From Candidatus Heimdallarchaeota archaeon (GTDB lineage Archaea > Asgardarchaeota > Wukongarchaeia > Wukongarchaeales > JBHIFL01), in NCBI GenBank assembly GCA_046761065.1, contig JBHIFL010000016.1, forward strand, positions 1-60,361: a stretch of DNA of 60,361 nucleotides. Direction: 5' to 3'. Below the pieces are notes generated by a model that was not told the DNA's origin, did no database searches, and worked only from the letters and a program-made list of their open reading frames with translations. Positions 39,166 through 49,706 of the stretch are shown piece by piece; position 1 is the stretch's first letter; each line of letters starts with the position of its first letter. The translations under genes were made by a program, and so were the position numbers.

Positions 39166-40464
39166 CTATTCACGAGCGTGCTGTTTTTGGGTTGGTGGGA
39201 ATGTTTCTTTCAGGAAGAAAAAGAGCAGTGACACTAGCATCAAACTGCTCAGACAGAAGCGAAAAGCCCAGCTATAGGCGGTTATGGAAAAAACCCCCTC
39301 ATGCCCTTGGACGGGAACAACAATATCTAAAATATACCCAATGAGTGGCTGATAGAGTGTCACGCTCAAGAAGGGCCACATATTGCAATAACCAACTGCT
39401 AGGCCCACATGCCGTTCCTCCACGAGTTCTTTTGCCATCGCCGCTGCTATCGGGGCAAGTCCATAACATAATCCTAACGTAAAAAAGATCACTAAGAGGC
39501 CACTTCGTGGTAAGTTTCCCGTTCTGAAGGCTAAGGGAATCCATGCAACAATATGCCCGAACGTTCCCAACATGAGAACCGTTTTTCTCCCACGTATTAC
39601 TTTATCAGAAAGCAACCCAAAGAGGGGAGCTCCAATGCTGATCCCAATGGGGGTAACAGAAACCAAATAGCTAGCCTCGGTTTTGCTTAGCTGGTATGTA
39701 TGCATCAGGTATGGCACGGCCCAGAGTCCGCTAAAAGCCATAAGCGTTCCAAAGGAGACGGAAAGCACCGCCGACACACTCAGCAGCTGCCTGTTGAGAA
39801 GAACGCCTTTAACTTCAGATGAGGAAAATCGTACCTTGGGTGGGGGAACTGATTCCTTATGGAGGAGTCCCCGATCCCTTTTGGAGTTAGATTGTTTTGG
39901 CATATCCCGTACAATAACCCAACTGAGGACGGCTAGAAGGCCTGATATAAGTGCTAAAACTTCAAAAGTGCGACGCCAGCCTAGTTCAACGGTCAAAAGA
40001 GCAAGAGGTGCCGTTGCTCCAATCGCTCCCAGATTCCCTGCAAGCATAAAGAACCCTACATAGCTTGAGACCTGATCTGAGTGAAACCACCTGGCTAAAA
40101 TTTTCATGGCACAGATAAAAACTACAGAAGACCCAACCCCAATCAAGAAGCGGGCGATGCTTGCCAAAAGGAGGTTTGGTGCCATACTAAAGACAAGTGC
40201 AGCAAGGCTAGTAATACCAGTAAATAGGGTTAACGTCTTCCTTGGACCAAGAACATCCGTAAATGCGCCTGCAGGAAGCTGCATCAACGCATACGCATAG
40301 AAAAACATGGATCCTAAGAAACCTATCTGTACTGCACTTATGGAGAATTCGTTGATCAGATCTTGGGCAATGACAGCAACAGCACTGCGATGAAAGTAGA
40401 CGAAAAACGAATTAACAGCTAGCATGCCGAAGATGTATTTTCCATAGACTTGCCGTTTCTGCAT
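39166..40464 (-). CDS. MFS transporter (UhpC/OPA-like)
   Basis: 12 TM; YFHRS, MQLPAGAFTDVLGPRK, ARFLIG, ARWF, GWR, GLLSDK. Confidence 0.9.
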   Translation of the reverse strand: MQKRQVYGKYIFGMLAVNSFFVYFHRSAVAVIAQDLINEFSISAVQIGFLGSMFFYAYALMQLPAGAFTDVLGPRKTLTLFTGITSLAALVFSMAPNLLLASIARFLIGVGSSVVFICAMKILARWFHSDQVSSYVGFFMLAGNLGAIGATAPLALLTVELGWRRTFEVLALISGLLAVLSWVIVRDMPKQSNSKRDRGLLHKESVPPPKVRFSSSEVKGVLLNRQLLSVSAVLSVSFGTLMAFSGLWAVPYLMHTYQLSKTEASYLVSVTPIGISIGAPLFGLLSDKVIRGRKTVLMLGTFGHIVAWIPLAFRTGNLPRSGLLVIFFTLGLCYGLAPIAAAMAKELVEERHVGLAVGYCNMWPFLSVTLYQPLIGYILDIVVPVQGHEGVFSITAYSWAFRFCLSSLMLVSLLFFFLKETFPPTQKQHARE

Positions 40465-40533
40465 CTCGTGTTTTCTCCAACTTGTATAATCTCATTGGAT
40501 AAGATCTTTCGATTTATCGTGATGTAATTTGAC

Positions 40534-41415
40534 TTAGAGTTTTGTAAGAGCGTTGTAGGTTTCAGGACGGCGATCTCGGAAGAATTGCCATATATTACGG
40601 ACTTCTTTGATCATATCCAGATCCAAATCAGCAATCACCAGATCATCTTCTTCTTGACTTCCAATTGTAAGGATATTACCTCGGGGATCACAAAAATAAG
40701 AACTTCCATAGAAATGGCCGATATTCCATGGCGCTTCCACTCCCACTCGGTTTATAGCCCCAACAAAATACCCATTTGCAACGGCGTGAGCCGGTTGTTC
40801 CAATTTCCAGAGGTATTCGGACAATCCCGCGACCGTAGCCGAAGGATTAAAGATGATTTCAGCACCATTAAGCGCTAAGACTCTTGCACCTTCTGGAAAA
40901 TGCCTGTCATAACAAATATACACGCCGATTTTAGCGTAGGCGGTATTAAAAACGGGATATCCGAGGTTTCCGGGCTTAAAATAAAACTTTTCCCAAAAGC
41001 CCGGATCAAGGTGTGGAAGATGATTTTTTCGGTATTTGCCTAAATATTTGCCATCAGCATCGATAACAGCGGCGGTATTATAGTATACTCCAGAAATTTC
41101 TTCTTCATAGATTGGAATAATAAGAACCATCTGATACTCTTTGGCATATTTGGTTAATCTTTGGACTGTGGGGCCATTCGGAATCTTTTCAGCAAAAGCA
41201 TACCATCGTCTGTTTTGTTCTGCACAGAAATATGGTCCATAGAAGAGTTCTTGAAGACAGAGGATTTGGACTCCTTTGTTTCCAGCTTCCTCAATCATTT
41301 TCTCATGCTTTATGATATTAGCTTCCTTGATTTCTTCTAGAGATGATTCTACTGGATTTTTCACGTTCTTAGCCTGAATTAGACCACATTTTACCGTATT
41401 CATGGTTTCTACCAA
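40534..41415 (-). CDS. pydC: Beta-ureidopropionase (nitrilase superfamily)
   Basis: E-K-C triad LQELF, YRKNH, ICYDRHFPEG; WQFFRDRRP; near preA. Confidence 0.85.
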   Translation of the reverse strand: MVETMNTVKCGLIQAKNVKNPVESSLEEIKEANIIKHEKMIEEAGNKGVQILCLQELFYGPYFCAEQNRRWYAFAEKIPNGPTVQRLTKYAKEYQMVLIIPIYEEEISGVYYNTAAVIDADGKYLGKYRKNHLPHLDPGFWEKFYFKPGNLGYPVFNTAYAKIGVYICYDRHFPEGARVLALNGAEIIFNPSATVAGLSEYLWKLEQPAHAVANGYFVGAINRVGVEAPWNIGHFYGSSYFCDPRGNILTIGSQEEDDLVIADLDLDMIKEVRNIWQFFRDRRPETYNALTKL

Positions 41416-41625
41416 CTTATTTTGTCCATTTTATTCGATCAAAATGTAACTGAAAATATCTTTTCACATACTTCCCGTCACTCCTCTCATCAAAGCATCT
41501 ACCAGTCATATTTCTATTAACATTATCTACCCGTTTTCGATGTTTGTATCAGCTGTATATTTTTCGTGGGATGATATGATTGAGCCCTTCCATAAAGTTT
41601 TATTCATTCAAACTAAACCGTTTTT

Positions 41626-42555
41626 ATGTCTCATTATGGAATCAACCACGAGTCCGGAACCCTAAAACGAGTAATGGTTCACCACCCCGGGAAAGAGCTA
41701 AAAAAAGCCAACATAAACCCGGTCATTCACCACTTTGACCAACCAGTGGACATCAAACGCTTCACCCGAGACCATCAAGAACTCATGAACAAACTAACAG
41801 AAGTGGGAGTCGAGGTACTCAACGTACGCGAACTGGTAGCAAACACGCCTGAGATTATTAAACAGATATTACAATGCCCCAACTTAGTCTTTGTAAGAGA
41901 TAGCAGTACCATAACCAACCATGGGGCCCTATTATTCAGAATGGGCCTCCCTACCAGACGCCTAGAGACACCAATAATCAAGGCAGCCCACGAGTCTCTC
42001 GGAGTTCCCATCGCCCTTAAAATCGAAAAACCCCAAAGCTTCGAAGGAGGGGGAATCGCACTCTTGGAAGATAGGACTGCTGTGGCAGGACTATGCGATA
42101 GAGCCACTCAAGGAGCATTAACAATGATAGGGGATTATCTGCTAGAAGAAAAGCTCATCGATCGGTGGATCGAACTCAAAATGCCTAAAGGCAGTATACA
42201 TATTGATGGAGAATTCGCTGAGCTACCAGATAAAGTTGCAATAAGCTATCCGGAAGTAATAGATAAGGTGCCTGCGATTTTCCGGACAGGATCAGAGAGA
42301 TGGAAAGGAAACTTTGTCGAATGGCTTAGGGAAGAAGGGTGGGATATTCTTGAGATTACTACTCAGGAGTGTAACGATATGGCAGCTAATTTTCTAACTG
42401 TAGCCAAGGATCTAGCTTTCCATTACACTGGGAATTCACGTGTGATGGAAGAAGTCAATAAACGAGGCATTGATGTAGTTCAGATCCCAGGAGAGGAGAT
42501 GCGGAAAGCTAATGGGGGAATTCATTGTATGACCTGCCCAATACTGAGAATCTAG
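41626..42555 (+). CDS. Arginine deiminase/amidinotransferase-family protein
   Basis: ESGTLKRVMVHHPG, PNLVFVRD, FEGG, HID, GGIHCMTCP. Confidence 0.85.
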   Translation: MSHYGINHESGTLKRVMVHHPGKELKKANINPVIHHFDQPVDIKRFTRDHQELMNKLTEVGVEVLNVRELVANTPEIIKQILQCPNLVFVRDSSTITNHGALLFRMGLPTRRLETPIIKAAHESLGVPIALKIEKPQSFEGGGIALLEDRTAVAGLCDRATQGALTMIGDYLLEEKLIDRWIELKMPKGSIHIDGEFAELPDKVAISYPEVIDKVPAIFRTGSERWKGNFVEWLREEGWDILEITTQECNDMAANFLTVAKDLAFHYTGNSRVMEEVNKRGIDVVQIPGEEMRKANGGIHCMTCPILRI

Positions 42556-42807
42556 AGGATAATATCGAGAAAAAGGTAGGTATACGATATAATGTGTAAT
42601 TACAAGCAGGTTCTTTTCTGGTTTTAATAAATTCTATTCTTCTTCAACTTCGAGCAAGCTTAAAAAGGTATGTGTTTTCATAGAGTAGCATGTAGTCTTG
42701 TTGTTTCACTTACCCTTTTAGTCTTTTTTAAAGCCTGTTAATTTCGTTTGTGCACTAAAAGAAGGGTGAGTTATTTCTACACTTTAATAATCACATGGTG
42801 ATTCTTA

Positions 42808-44031
42808 TTGATCGAGTTTAAAGAGGGACATATGTTTATCGATGGTATCGACCCAGAACACCTTGCCAAAGAATATGGAACCCCATTATACATTTATGAC
42901 GCTGAAATAATTCGTACACGCTTTAGACACTTGCATCAGAATCTTACATATCCTAGTGTAAGGATCTATTATGCAGCTAAAGCCAACACAAATGTTGCCA
43001 TCCTGAGAATATTTCGGAGTATGGGAGCGTGTCTCAATGCCGTATCTCCTGGAGAAATCTTCTTGGCTCTGGAGGCGGGTTTCAATTCGAAGCAAATCAT
43101 GTTTACAGGCGACAATCTTCCCGTAGAGGACATGCAATTCGCGATAGACAAAGATATCCTTGTTAATCTTGATTCCCTCTCTCAACTGACAACATACAGT
43201 AAATTAAACCCTGATTCTTCAATTTCATTGCGAATTAACCCTGGCATTGAAGCAGGGTTCCATGCTCATGCCATAACCGCAGGTCCTCGAAGTAAATTTG
43301 GAATTGATCCAGTCGAGCTAAAAAAAGCTCAAAAAATTGCGAATGCCGCAAATCTGGAAATTATTGGCCTTCATATGCATATCGGCTCAGGCATCCTCCA
43401 TATAAGTCCTTTACTTAAAGCTGTAGAGATCCTTCTTAACCTTGCAAGAGGATTTGAGAATCTTAAGTTCATTAATTTTGGTGGAGGACTTGGGATTCCC
43501 TACAAAACGAATGAAAAATCCGTTGATGTAAGGGCTTACTGTCATTCCTTGGTCGAACGCTTTTCTTCTTGGACAGAAAAATATGGAAAGCAATTAACTT
43601 TAGCAATTGAGCCTGGAAAATTTCTAGTTGCGGAATCCGGAGTGTTGCTAACTCAAGTCACGGCGATTAAAGCAAAGGACCAAAATAAACTCATTGGGGT
43701 CGATACTGGATTCAATCATCTACTTAGACCTGCCTTATACAATGCATACCATGAAATTATCCCTGTACACAAAGCGAGAACCTCGTCCGATTGGACTGTC
43801 GATATTGTTGGGTACCTTTGTGAAAACAGCGACTTTCTAGCTAGAGATCGACCATTTCCTGCAGTAATCGAAGGGGATTTGCTAGCTATTATGAATGTCG
43901 GTGCTTATGGTTTTTCGATGGCTTCCAACTACAATAGCCGGTTACTCCCTGCAGAGGTTCTAATTTCTAATGGTCAAGTTCGCTTAATAAGACGAAAACA
44001 GGGCTTAAAAGATCTCTTAAGAGGCCAATAG
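42808..44031 (+). CDS. lysA: Diaminopimelate decarboxylase
   Basis: GTPLYIYD, YAAKAN, LRINP, SKFG, HMHIGS, GGGLG, EPG, RPALY, LCENSD, GAYG.SMASNYN. Confidence 0.92.
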   Translation: MIEFKEGHMFIDGIDPEHLAKEYGTPLYIYDAEIIRTRFRHLHQNLTYPSVRIYYAAKANTNVAILRIFRSMGACLNAVSPGEIFLALEAGFNSKQIMFTGDNLPVEDMQFAIDKDILVNLDSLSQLTTYSKLNPDSSISLRINPGIEAGFHAHAITAGPRSKFGIDPVELKKAQKIANAANLEIIGLHMHIGSGILHISPLLKAVEILLNLARGFENLKFINFGGGLGIPYKTNEKSVDVRAYCHSLVERFSSWTEKYGKQLTLAIEPGKFLVAESGVLLTQVTAIKAKDQNKLIGVDTGFNHLLRPALYNAYHEIIPVHKARTSSDWTVDIVGYLCENSDFLARDRPFPAVIEGDLLAIMNVGAYGFSMASNYNSRLLPAEVLISNGQVRLIRRKQGLKDLLRGQ

Positions 44032-44185
44032 GGCCAATTACAGAGCGAAAAGGTAGAAGAATCCCTCCTTCACGGAACTTTCGTGCAACAAGGAGCTAAA
44101 ACCATCCTTCTCTTCAGTGATAGCCAAAAAATATTTAAGCTCATAACAAAGGTCTCAAGCAATTATTGAGAAAGTAGTCGGTGAA

Positions 44186-45421
44186 TTGATGAAAATCGCA
44201 ATAAAGAACGGGATTCTAATTGACGGGACGGGCGGAACCCCCCACCCAAACACCACGGTATTGATTGAAGACTCGAAAATCGTGGACATCGGTGCTAATG
44301 TTCTCATCCCTGCTGAATCGCAGGTGATTGATGCGACAGGCAAAACAATCATACCAGGGCTTATTGACGCCCATCTGCACCTTATGGGCGTACGTACCAT
44401 GAACCCAATTGATTGGACGTTGGATCCACCTGCCCTAAGAGCCGCTAGGGCGACTGTAGATGTTCAAAAACTCATTGAAAGTGGATTCACAGCCGTTAGA
44501 TGTGCGGGCTCAGACCTAAGCGTTTATCTAAAGAAAGCCATCGATGAAGGTACAATCCCTGGTCCGCGGATCGTGGCAGCCCATCAATGCATCACACAGA
44601 CTGCAGGCCACGGAGACACCCATGAATTACCCCTAGAATGGGTTACTGGGCCTTATGGCCACGGAAGAATTGCTGATGGGGTTGATGAGTGCCGAAAAGC
44701 TGCACGCGAACAGGTACGAGCCGGAGCAGATGTTATTAAGATTTGTACAACAGGGGGCGTCATGTCCGAGAAGGATAGCCCAACTCAGGCCCAATTTGTC
44801 GACGAAGAGATCGCTGCTATAACGACTGAAGCCCACCGAGTTGGCATCAAAGTAATGAGCCATGCTCAAAGTCCGGAAGGCATTCAGAACGCGGTCAGAA
44901 ATGGTGTAGACACAATAGAACACGCGATTTACCTCGACAAAGAGACAATTGAGCTGTTGAAGGCAAAAAAGACCATTGTTGTGCCGACATTTGCTATTGT
45001 TAATGCAATTGTAACACGGGGTGAGGAAGTAGGGACTCCGGATTATGGCCTTCTCAAAGCAAAAGAAGCGCATAAAGCCCATCTTGAGTCGATCAAGAAA
45101 GCGTACCAAGCTGGTGTCAAAATCGCCTTAGGGACGGATTTTTGTGGCCCATCTATCATACCTCATGGGGAAAACGCTGTAGAATTGGAAATTCTTGTCA
45201 ACCAGGTAGGCATGACTCCTTTGGAGGCTATTGTAGCCGCGACAAAGACCGGATCTGAAGCTTTAGGATTAGAAAAAAACATTGGCACCCTTGAAATAGG
45301 CAAGAAGGCAGATCTCTTAATTGTTGAAGGAAATCCGCTAGAAGATATAACAATCTTACAGAACAAAGAGAAAATCGTGGTGGTCATGAAGGAGGGTCAA
45401 ATCGTGGTGGATAGGCGCTAA
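44186..45421 (+). CDS. Amidohydrolase (prolidase/Xaa-Pro dipeptidase-like, HutI superfamily)
   Basis: DAHLH, TAGHGD, GADVIKICTTGGV, SHAQ, IEH, GTD. Confidence 0.9.
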   Translation: MMKIAIKNGILIDGTGGTPHPNTTVLIEDSKIVDIGANVLIPAESQVIDATGKTIIPGLIDAHLHLMGVRTMNPIDWTLDPPALRAARATVDVQKLIESGFTAVRCAGSDLSVYLKKAIDEGTIPGPRIVAAHQCITQTAGHGDTHELPLEWVTGPYGHGRIADGVDECRKAAREQVRAGADVIKICTTGGVMSEKDSPTQAQFVDEEIAAITTEAHRVGIKVMSHAQSPEGIQNAVRNGVDTIEHAIYLDKETIELLKAKKTIVVPTFAIVNAIVTRGEEVGTPDYGLLKAKEAHKAHLESIKKAYQAGVKIALGTDFCGPSIIPHGENAVELEILVNQVGMTPLEAIVAATKTGSEALGLEKNIGTLEIGKKADLLIVEGNPLEDITILQNKEKIVVVMKEGQIVVDRR

Positions 45422-45645
45422 CCACATCACTTACTGCTTTGTCCACTTTTACAAAGAACTTTAGCCCCTCATTTTATTTCTATGATCTTTCACGAAAATA
45501 TAAAATTCTGAACGGTATATCACGCGCTTTCCGATGTAAATAGTACATTAATTCCTTGAAATGACTTGAAAAATAAAAATATAGGGAGGAGTGTGCTATC
45601 TTGATAAGGTAACCGTTAGGATCCTCCACACCGGATGTACCTAAA

Positions 45646-46377
45646 TTGGTCCCACATCGGAAAAAAATCGTATTATGGATTTTGATTGCGAATTTCCTTT
45701 TGCTTTTCGGTGGTTCTATTAATCCATTGGTTTTAGAGGAGCAACTTCATCGCCGGATCAACCCCTCTATTCTGCTAGAGCCTAATAATCCAAAGATCAG
45801 TGATTTTAACAAAATGTTTGAAAAGGTACTTCGGGTTGATAAAGAGCGTACAGGAATGCCAGATAACATCAAGGATCCAAGAATCTATGAAATCAAACTA
45901 ATTGAAGCCTTCATTTTATCACAAATCGAGTGGGTTTCGGATTTCGTCCAATATCTTACAGTAGATCGTCTTGTGACACCCGACGAAGTCTTAACCTCGA
46001 TGAAAGAAGATTGTGATGGCCGGGCAATTCTCGCTGGTAGTCTACTATTACATAGAGGCTACGACGTGTGGATTTTTGTATCATGGTATCATTGGTGGGT
46101 TGTGATCCTTCTTAGAGATGAACTCCCCATCCAAATTCTGACAAAAGCGTACAATGGCCCTTGGTACATGAAATTCAACGATAAGGGAAGGGTATTCCGG
46201 GGACCTCCCCTGATAGGATTTGTCCTCTATAATTTCGTTCTTGCGGCAATCGTCCCATTTCTCTTGCCACTCCTCTATGGCACATTACCACAGGATATCA
46301 TCTTTAAATTGTTACTCCTCCTTTTGGGGCTCATCCCATTTAGTTGCTTGGTTGTTTTTCATATTCTCAGTTCATAG
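45646..46377 (+). CDS. Membrane-anchored transglutaminase-like cysteine protease
   Basis: N-terminal TM, TPDEVL...EDCDGRA, HWWV, two C-terminal TMs. Confidence 0.65.
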   Translation: MVPHRKKIVLWILIANFLLLFGGSINPLVLEEQLHRRINPSILLEPNNPKISDFNKMFEKVLRVDKERTGMPDNIKDPRIYEIKLIEAFILSQIEWVSDFVQYLTVDRLVTPDEVLTSMKEDCDGRAILAGSLLLHRGYDVWIFVSWYHWWVVILLRDELPIQILTKAYNGPWYMKFNDKGRVFRGPPLIGFVLYNFVLAAIVPFLLPLLYGTLPQDIIFKLLLLLLGLIPFSCLVVFHILSS

Positions 46378-46559
46378 ATAATGATCTAACCACAACTTTG
46401 CCAACAGGGTAGTTGAAGTCTATATCATTCCCTAATCTAATTCTGACACCCAATCCCCCTTTTCAGGGAGAGGACAAAAATGTTCATATACTCCGATCAA
46501 TCCAAGTAGAGACGATACTTTATTAAACCCAAATAAAGAAAACTCCTAAAACTGGTCGT

Positions 46560-47513
46560 GTGGATAAAAATATGATTAAGTATTTGGTGAAGCGCTTATT
46601 GGCACTAATCCCAACTGTTTTCGTCGTACTGACCATTTTGTTCTTTGCTATGCGATTGGCACCAGGTGATCCCGTCGCTGTAATTTGTGGAGTGGAGTGT
46701 GAAGCTGAAACTATCCAAGCGATCCGTACAAGGCTTGGTTTAGATAGGCCCCTATATGCGCAATATCTCGACTTCATAGTTAAAGCCTTCCGACTTGATT
46801 TTGGGGAGTCATGGATATATCGACGAACGACGATGGAAAAAGTCTTAAAAATGTTCCCCCATACTTTGGCGCTCGCTGGTGCCAGTATTTTGGTCTCAGT
46901 AGCTATTGGAATTCCGGCAGGCGTCATCTCCGCAAAGAAGCGGAATATGTTTACTGATCACCTAACAATGACACTATCCATGTTGGGAGTTTCCATGCCT
47001 GTTTTCTATTTCGGAATACTTCTGATGCTCCTGTTTGGGGTCTATTTGCGTTGGCTCCCTGCAACTCAAGCAGGCAAGTTCTCCAATCCAGTAGACTATC
47101 TGAAACACCTCATTTTGCCCGCATTCGCTCTCGGATTTAGCAATGCTGCTATGACAGCACGAATTACCCGTTCGTGTATGTTGGACGTGTTACGTCAAGA
47201 TTACATCCGAACAGCCCATGCGAAGGGTGCTTGGGAACGCCGGATCATCTATCGGCATGCCATGCGAAACGCCATGATTCCTGTAATAACAATTGTCGGT
47301 ATGAATTTCGGTTTCTTGTTAGGAGGAACCGTTTTAGCCGAGTTTGTCTTTGCCCGTCCCGGATTAGGGAGGGTACTAATTGATGCGACCTTTGGAAGAG
47401 ATTACCCTCAACTTCAGGCCAGCGTATTCTTTTTTTCGGTTGTTTATCTCCTCATTAATGTCGCCGTGGATGTGTTGTACACATACCTCGATCCTCGTAT
47501 TAAATATGAATAG
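46560..47513 (+). CDS. dppB: Peptide ABC transporter permease
   Basis: PGDP, LGLDRPL, DFGES, QDYIRTAHAKG, HAMRNA, RDYP, LDPR. Confidence 0.92.
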   Translation: MDKNMIKYLVKRLLALIPTVFVVLTILFFAMRLAPGDPVAVICGVECEAETIQAIRTRLGLDRPLYAQYLDFIVKAFRLDFGESWIYRRTTMEKVLKMFPHTLALAGASILVSVAIGIPAGVISAKKRNMFTDHLTMTLSMLGVSMPVFYFGILLMLLFGVYLRWLPATQAGKFSNPVDYLKHLILPAFALGFSNAAMTARITRSCMLDVLRQDYIRTAHAKGAWERRIIYRHAMRNAMIPVITIVGMNFGFLLGGTVLAEFVFARPGLGRVLIDATFGRDYPQLQASVFFFSVVYLLINVAVDVLYTYLDPRIKYE

Positions 47514-47539
47514 AATAAAACTTGTGAGAGTCGAATATC

Positions 47540-48694
47540 ATGAGAGATCTTGGATCAGGAAAAACCATAGAATCAGATGTGACGCTTCCACGAGAGTTTT
47601 GGCTCCGAAACCTCTATCTCAGACACTATGACACTATTCGATTGCTTAAAGAGAACATCACCGCAATGATTGGGTTAGCAGTCATTGCAAGTGTCATCCT
47701 TATTGCTATTTTTGCACCTTTCATAGCCACTCAGCATCCAACATCTGACGGAGGGTGGCCAATAGACTTACTGGATAAGTTCGGTGATCCAAACCCACTT
47801 TTCCTCGTAGCGGTGACGGGGGGTATTGTTTTCGGAATTCTCTTTATTATAGTAACAAACCGTTACGGAACAAAACCAAAAGAGCTAGTTCCGCGATTAA
47901 TAGTTATAGCACTGGTTCTCCTGTTTCTTACAGCCACAGGACTGGTCATTATCACGTTATACCAAGCCAGAATCACCCATACACGTCTATTAGGGACAGA
48001 CCTCTTCGGAAGAGATATTTTCAGCCGCCTTGTGTACGGATCACGTGTTTCCATTAAAGTCGGACTCATTTCCGTGGGATTCGCGCTTCTTTTAGGAATT
48101 CCCATGGGCGTCTTCGCAGCCTACTATGGAGGGAAAACAGATCTCGTTGTCAGTAGAGTGGTCGACTTGCTTTTTTCTTTTCCTGGAATTATACTAGCGA
48201 TTTTACTTTTGGCAGCCTTGGAAGGAGGGGTCACAGTATGGCACTTCCATCTGTTTGAAGATAGACTCACTCAAGCTATGATGGCTATAGGAATCATCAT
48301 TACGCCAAATTACGCGCGACTTATAAGGTCATCTGCTTTATCGGTCAAAGAGCAAGAATATATCGCCGCCGCTGAGGTGACAGGCGCGGGTGATATTGAC
48401 ATTATAATCCACCATATTTTACCTAATTGCCTATCACCAATCATTGTCCAAGTCACGATGTCTCTGGCCACCGCCATCCTCGCGGAGGCAAGTCTGAGCT
48501 TCCTAGGACTTGGAGTTCAACCTCCCACGCCCACATGGGGCTATATGATGAACTATGGGCTCAATTATCTACGCATTAGTCCTTGGATGTGCCTATTCTC
48601 CGGGTTAGCCATTACAATTACCGTATTAGGCTTCAATATGTTTGGGGACGGGTTAAGAGACGCCATAGATCCCCGTCTTAAAAGAGAGAGATAA
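47540..48694 (+). CDS. dppC: Peptide ABC transporter permease with extra TM hairpin
   Basis: LGTDLFGRD, EYIAAA...GA, HILPN, EASLSFLGLG, GDGLRDAIDPR. Confidence 0.92.
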   Translation: MRDLGSGKTIESDVTLPREFWLRNLYLRHYDTIRLLKENITAMIGLAVIASVILIAIFAPFIATQHPTSDGGWPIDLLDKFGDPNPLFLVAVTGGIVFGILFIIVTNRYGTKPKELVPRLIVIALVLLFLTATGLVIITLYQARITHTRLLGTDLFGRDIFSRLVYGSRVSIKVGLISVGFALLLGIPMGVFAAYYGGKTDLVVSRVVDLLFSFPGIILAILLLAALEGGVTVWHFHLFEDRLTQAMMAIGIIITPNYARLIRSSALSVKEQEYIAAAEVTGAGDIDIIIHHILPNCLSPIIVQVTMSLATAILAEASLSFLGLGVQPPTPTWGYMMNYGLNYLRISPWMCLFSGLAITITVLGFNMFGDGLRDAIDPRLKRER

Positions 48695-48699
48695 TAAAG

Positions 48700-49677
48700 A
48701 TGACTAAACCACTTCTAAAAGTTCAAGATCTTCGGACCTCGTTCTATCTGAGAGAAGGTGAGTTGAAGGCGGTTGATAGGGTCAATTTTAGTATAGATCC
48801 AGGGGAAATCCTTGGACTTGTGGGGGAGTCAGGTTGTGGAAAAAGTGTGACTGCTTTATCAATTTTGAGATTAATTCCCGATCCTCCTGGAAGAATTGTC
48901 GGTGGCAAGATTTTCTTCAAAGGCGACAATTTGCTTGAAAAAACGGAAAAGGAAATGCGAGCTATTCGAGGTAATCAAATCTCAATGATTTTTCAAGATC
49001 CAACCAGTTCTCTCAATCCCGTCTTTCAGGTGGGCAACCAAGTTGACGAGGTTCTCGAAATTCACCAAGCGCAAACGTTCTCTGAAGAAGAAATATTTGT
49101 AAAGACCGTGGAAATGCTCCAATTGGTCGGAATCCCTCAGGCCGAAAGCAGAAGGGGTGAGTACCCCCACGAATTTAGCGGTGGTATGCAACAACGAGTA
49201 ATGACTGCTATGGCTCTGGCGTGTGAAGGAGATCTGTTAATTGCAGATGAGCCCACTACTGCACTCGATGTGACGATTCAAGCACAGATCATTGACCTTA
49301 TGTTAAAACTGCGAAAGGAATTAGGACTAGCCATCTTACTTATCACCCATAATATGGGCCTAATCGCTGAAATGTGTGATAAGGTCGCTGTAATGTACGC
49401 AGGAAGCATAGTAGAAACAGCTCAAATTCTGGATATCTTTGACAGCCCGCAACATCCTTATACTAAGGCGCTTTTGAATTGCCTTCCAAGATTAGACGTG
49501 GATTTAAACCGTTTAGAAATAATTAAAGGGCGAGTGCCGAACCCCATTGATTTACCGAAAGCTTGTAAATTTGCTCCCCGATGTTCCCATGCAATGGATG
49601 TCTGTAGGCGAGAAATCCCTACCCAGATGCAGGTAAGCCCGGACCACACAGTAAGTTGCTTTCTATACTCAAAGTAA
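48700..49677 (+). CDS. dppD: Peptide ABC transporter ATP-binding subunit
   Basis: GESGCGKS, FSGGMQQR, ADEPTTALD, C-terminal Cys cluster. Confidence 0.93.
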   Translation: MTKPLLKVQDLRTSFYLREGELKAVDRVNFSIDPGEILGLVGESGCGKSVTALSILRLIPDPPGRIVGGKIFFKGDNLLEKTEKEMRAIRGNQISMIFQDPTSSLNPVFQVGNQVDEVLEIHQAQTFSEEEIFVKTVEMLQLVGIPQAESRRGEYPHEFSGGMQQRVMTAMALACEGDLLIADEPTTALDVTIQAQIIDLMLKLRKELGLAILLITHNMGLIAEMCDKVAVMYAGSIVETAQILDIFDSPQHPYTKALLNCLPRLDVDLNRLEIIKGRVPNPIDLPKACKFAPRCSHAMDVCRREIPTQMQVSPDHTVSCFLYSK

Positions 49678-49706
49678 GTGGTATAAGAAAGAATGGAGAA
49701 CGTTCG

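Noticed and set aside
44056-44113. Hairpin between lysA and the amidohydrolase (CTCCTT-CACG...CGTG..AAGGAG)
   Set aside because: Short, interrupted stem. Not distinguishable from chance or a simple 3' stability hairpin.
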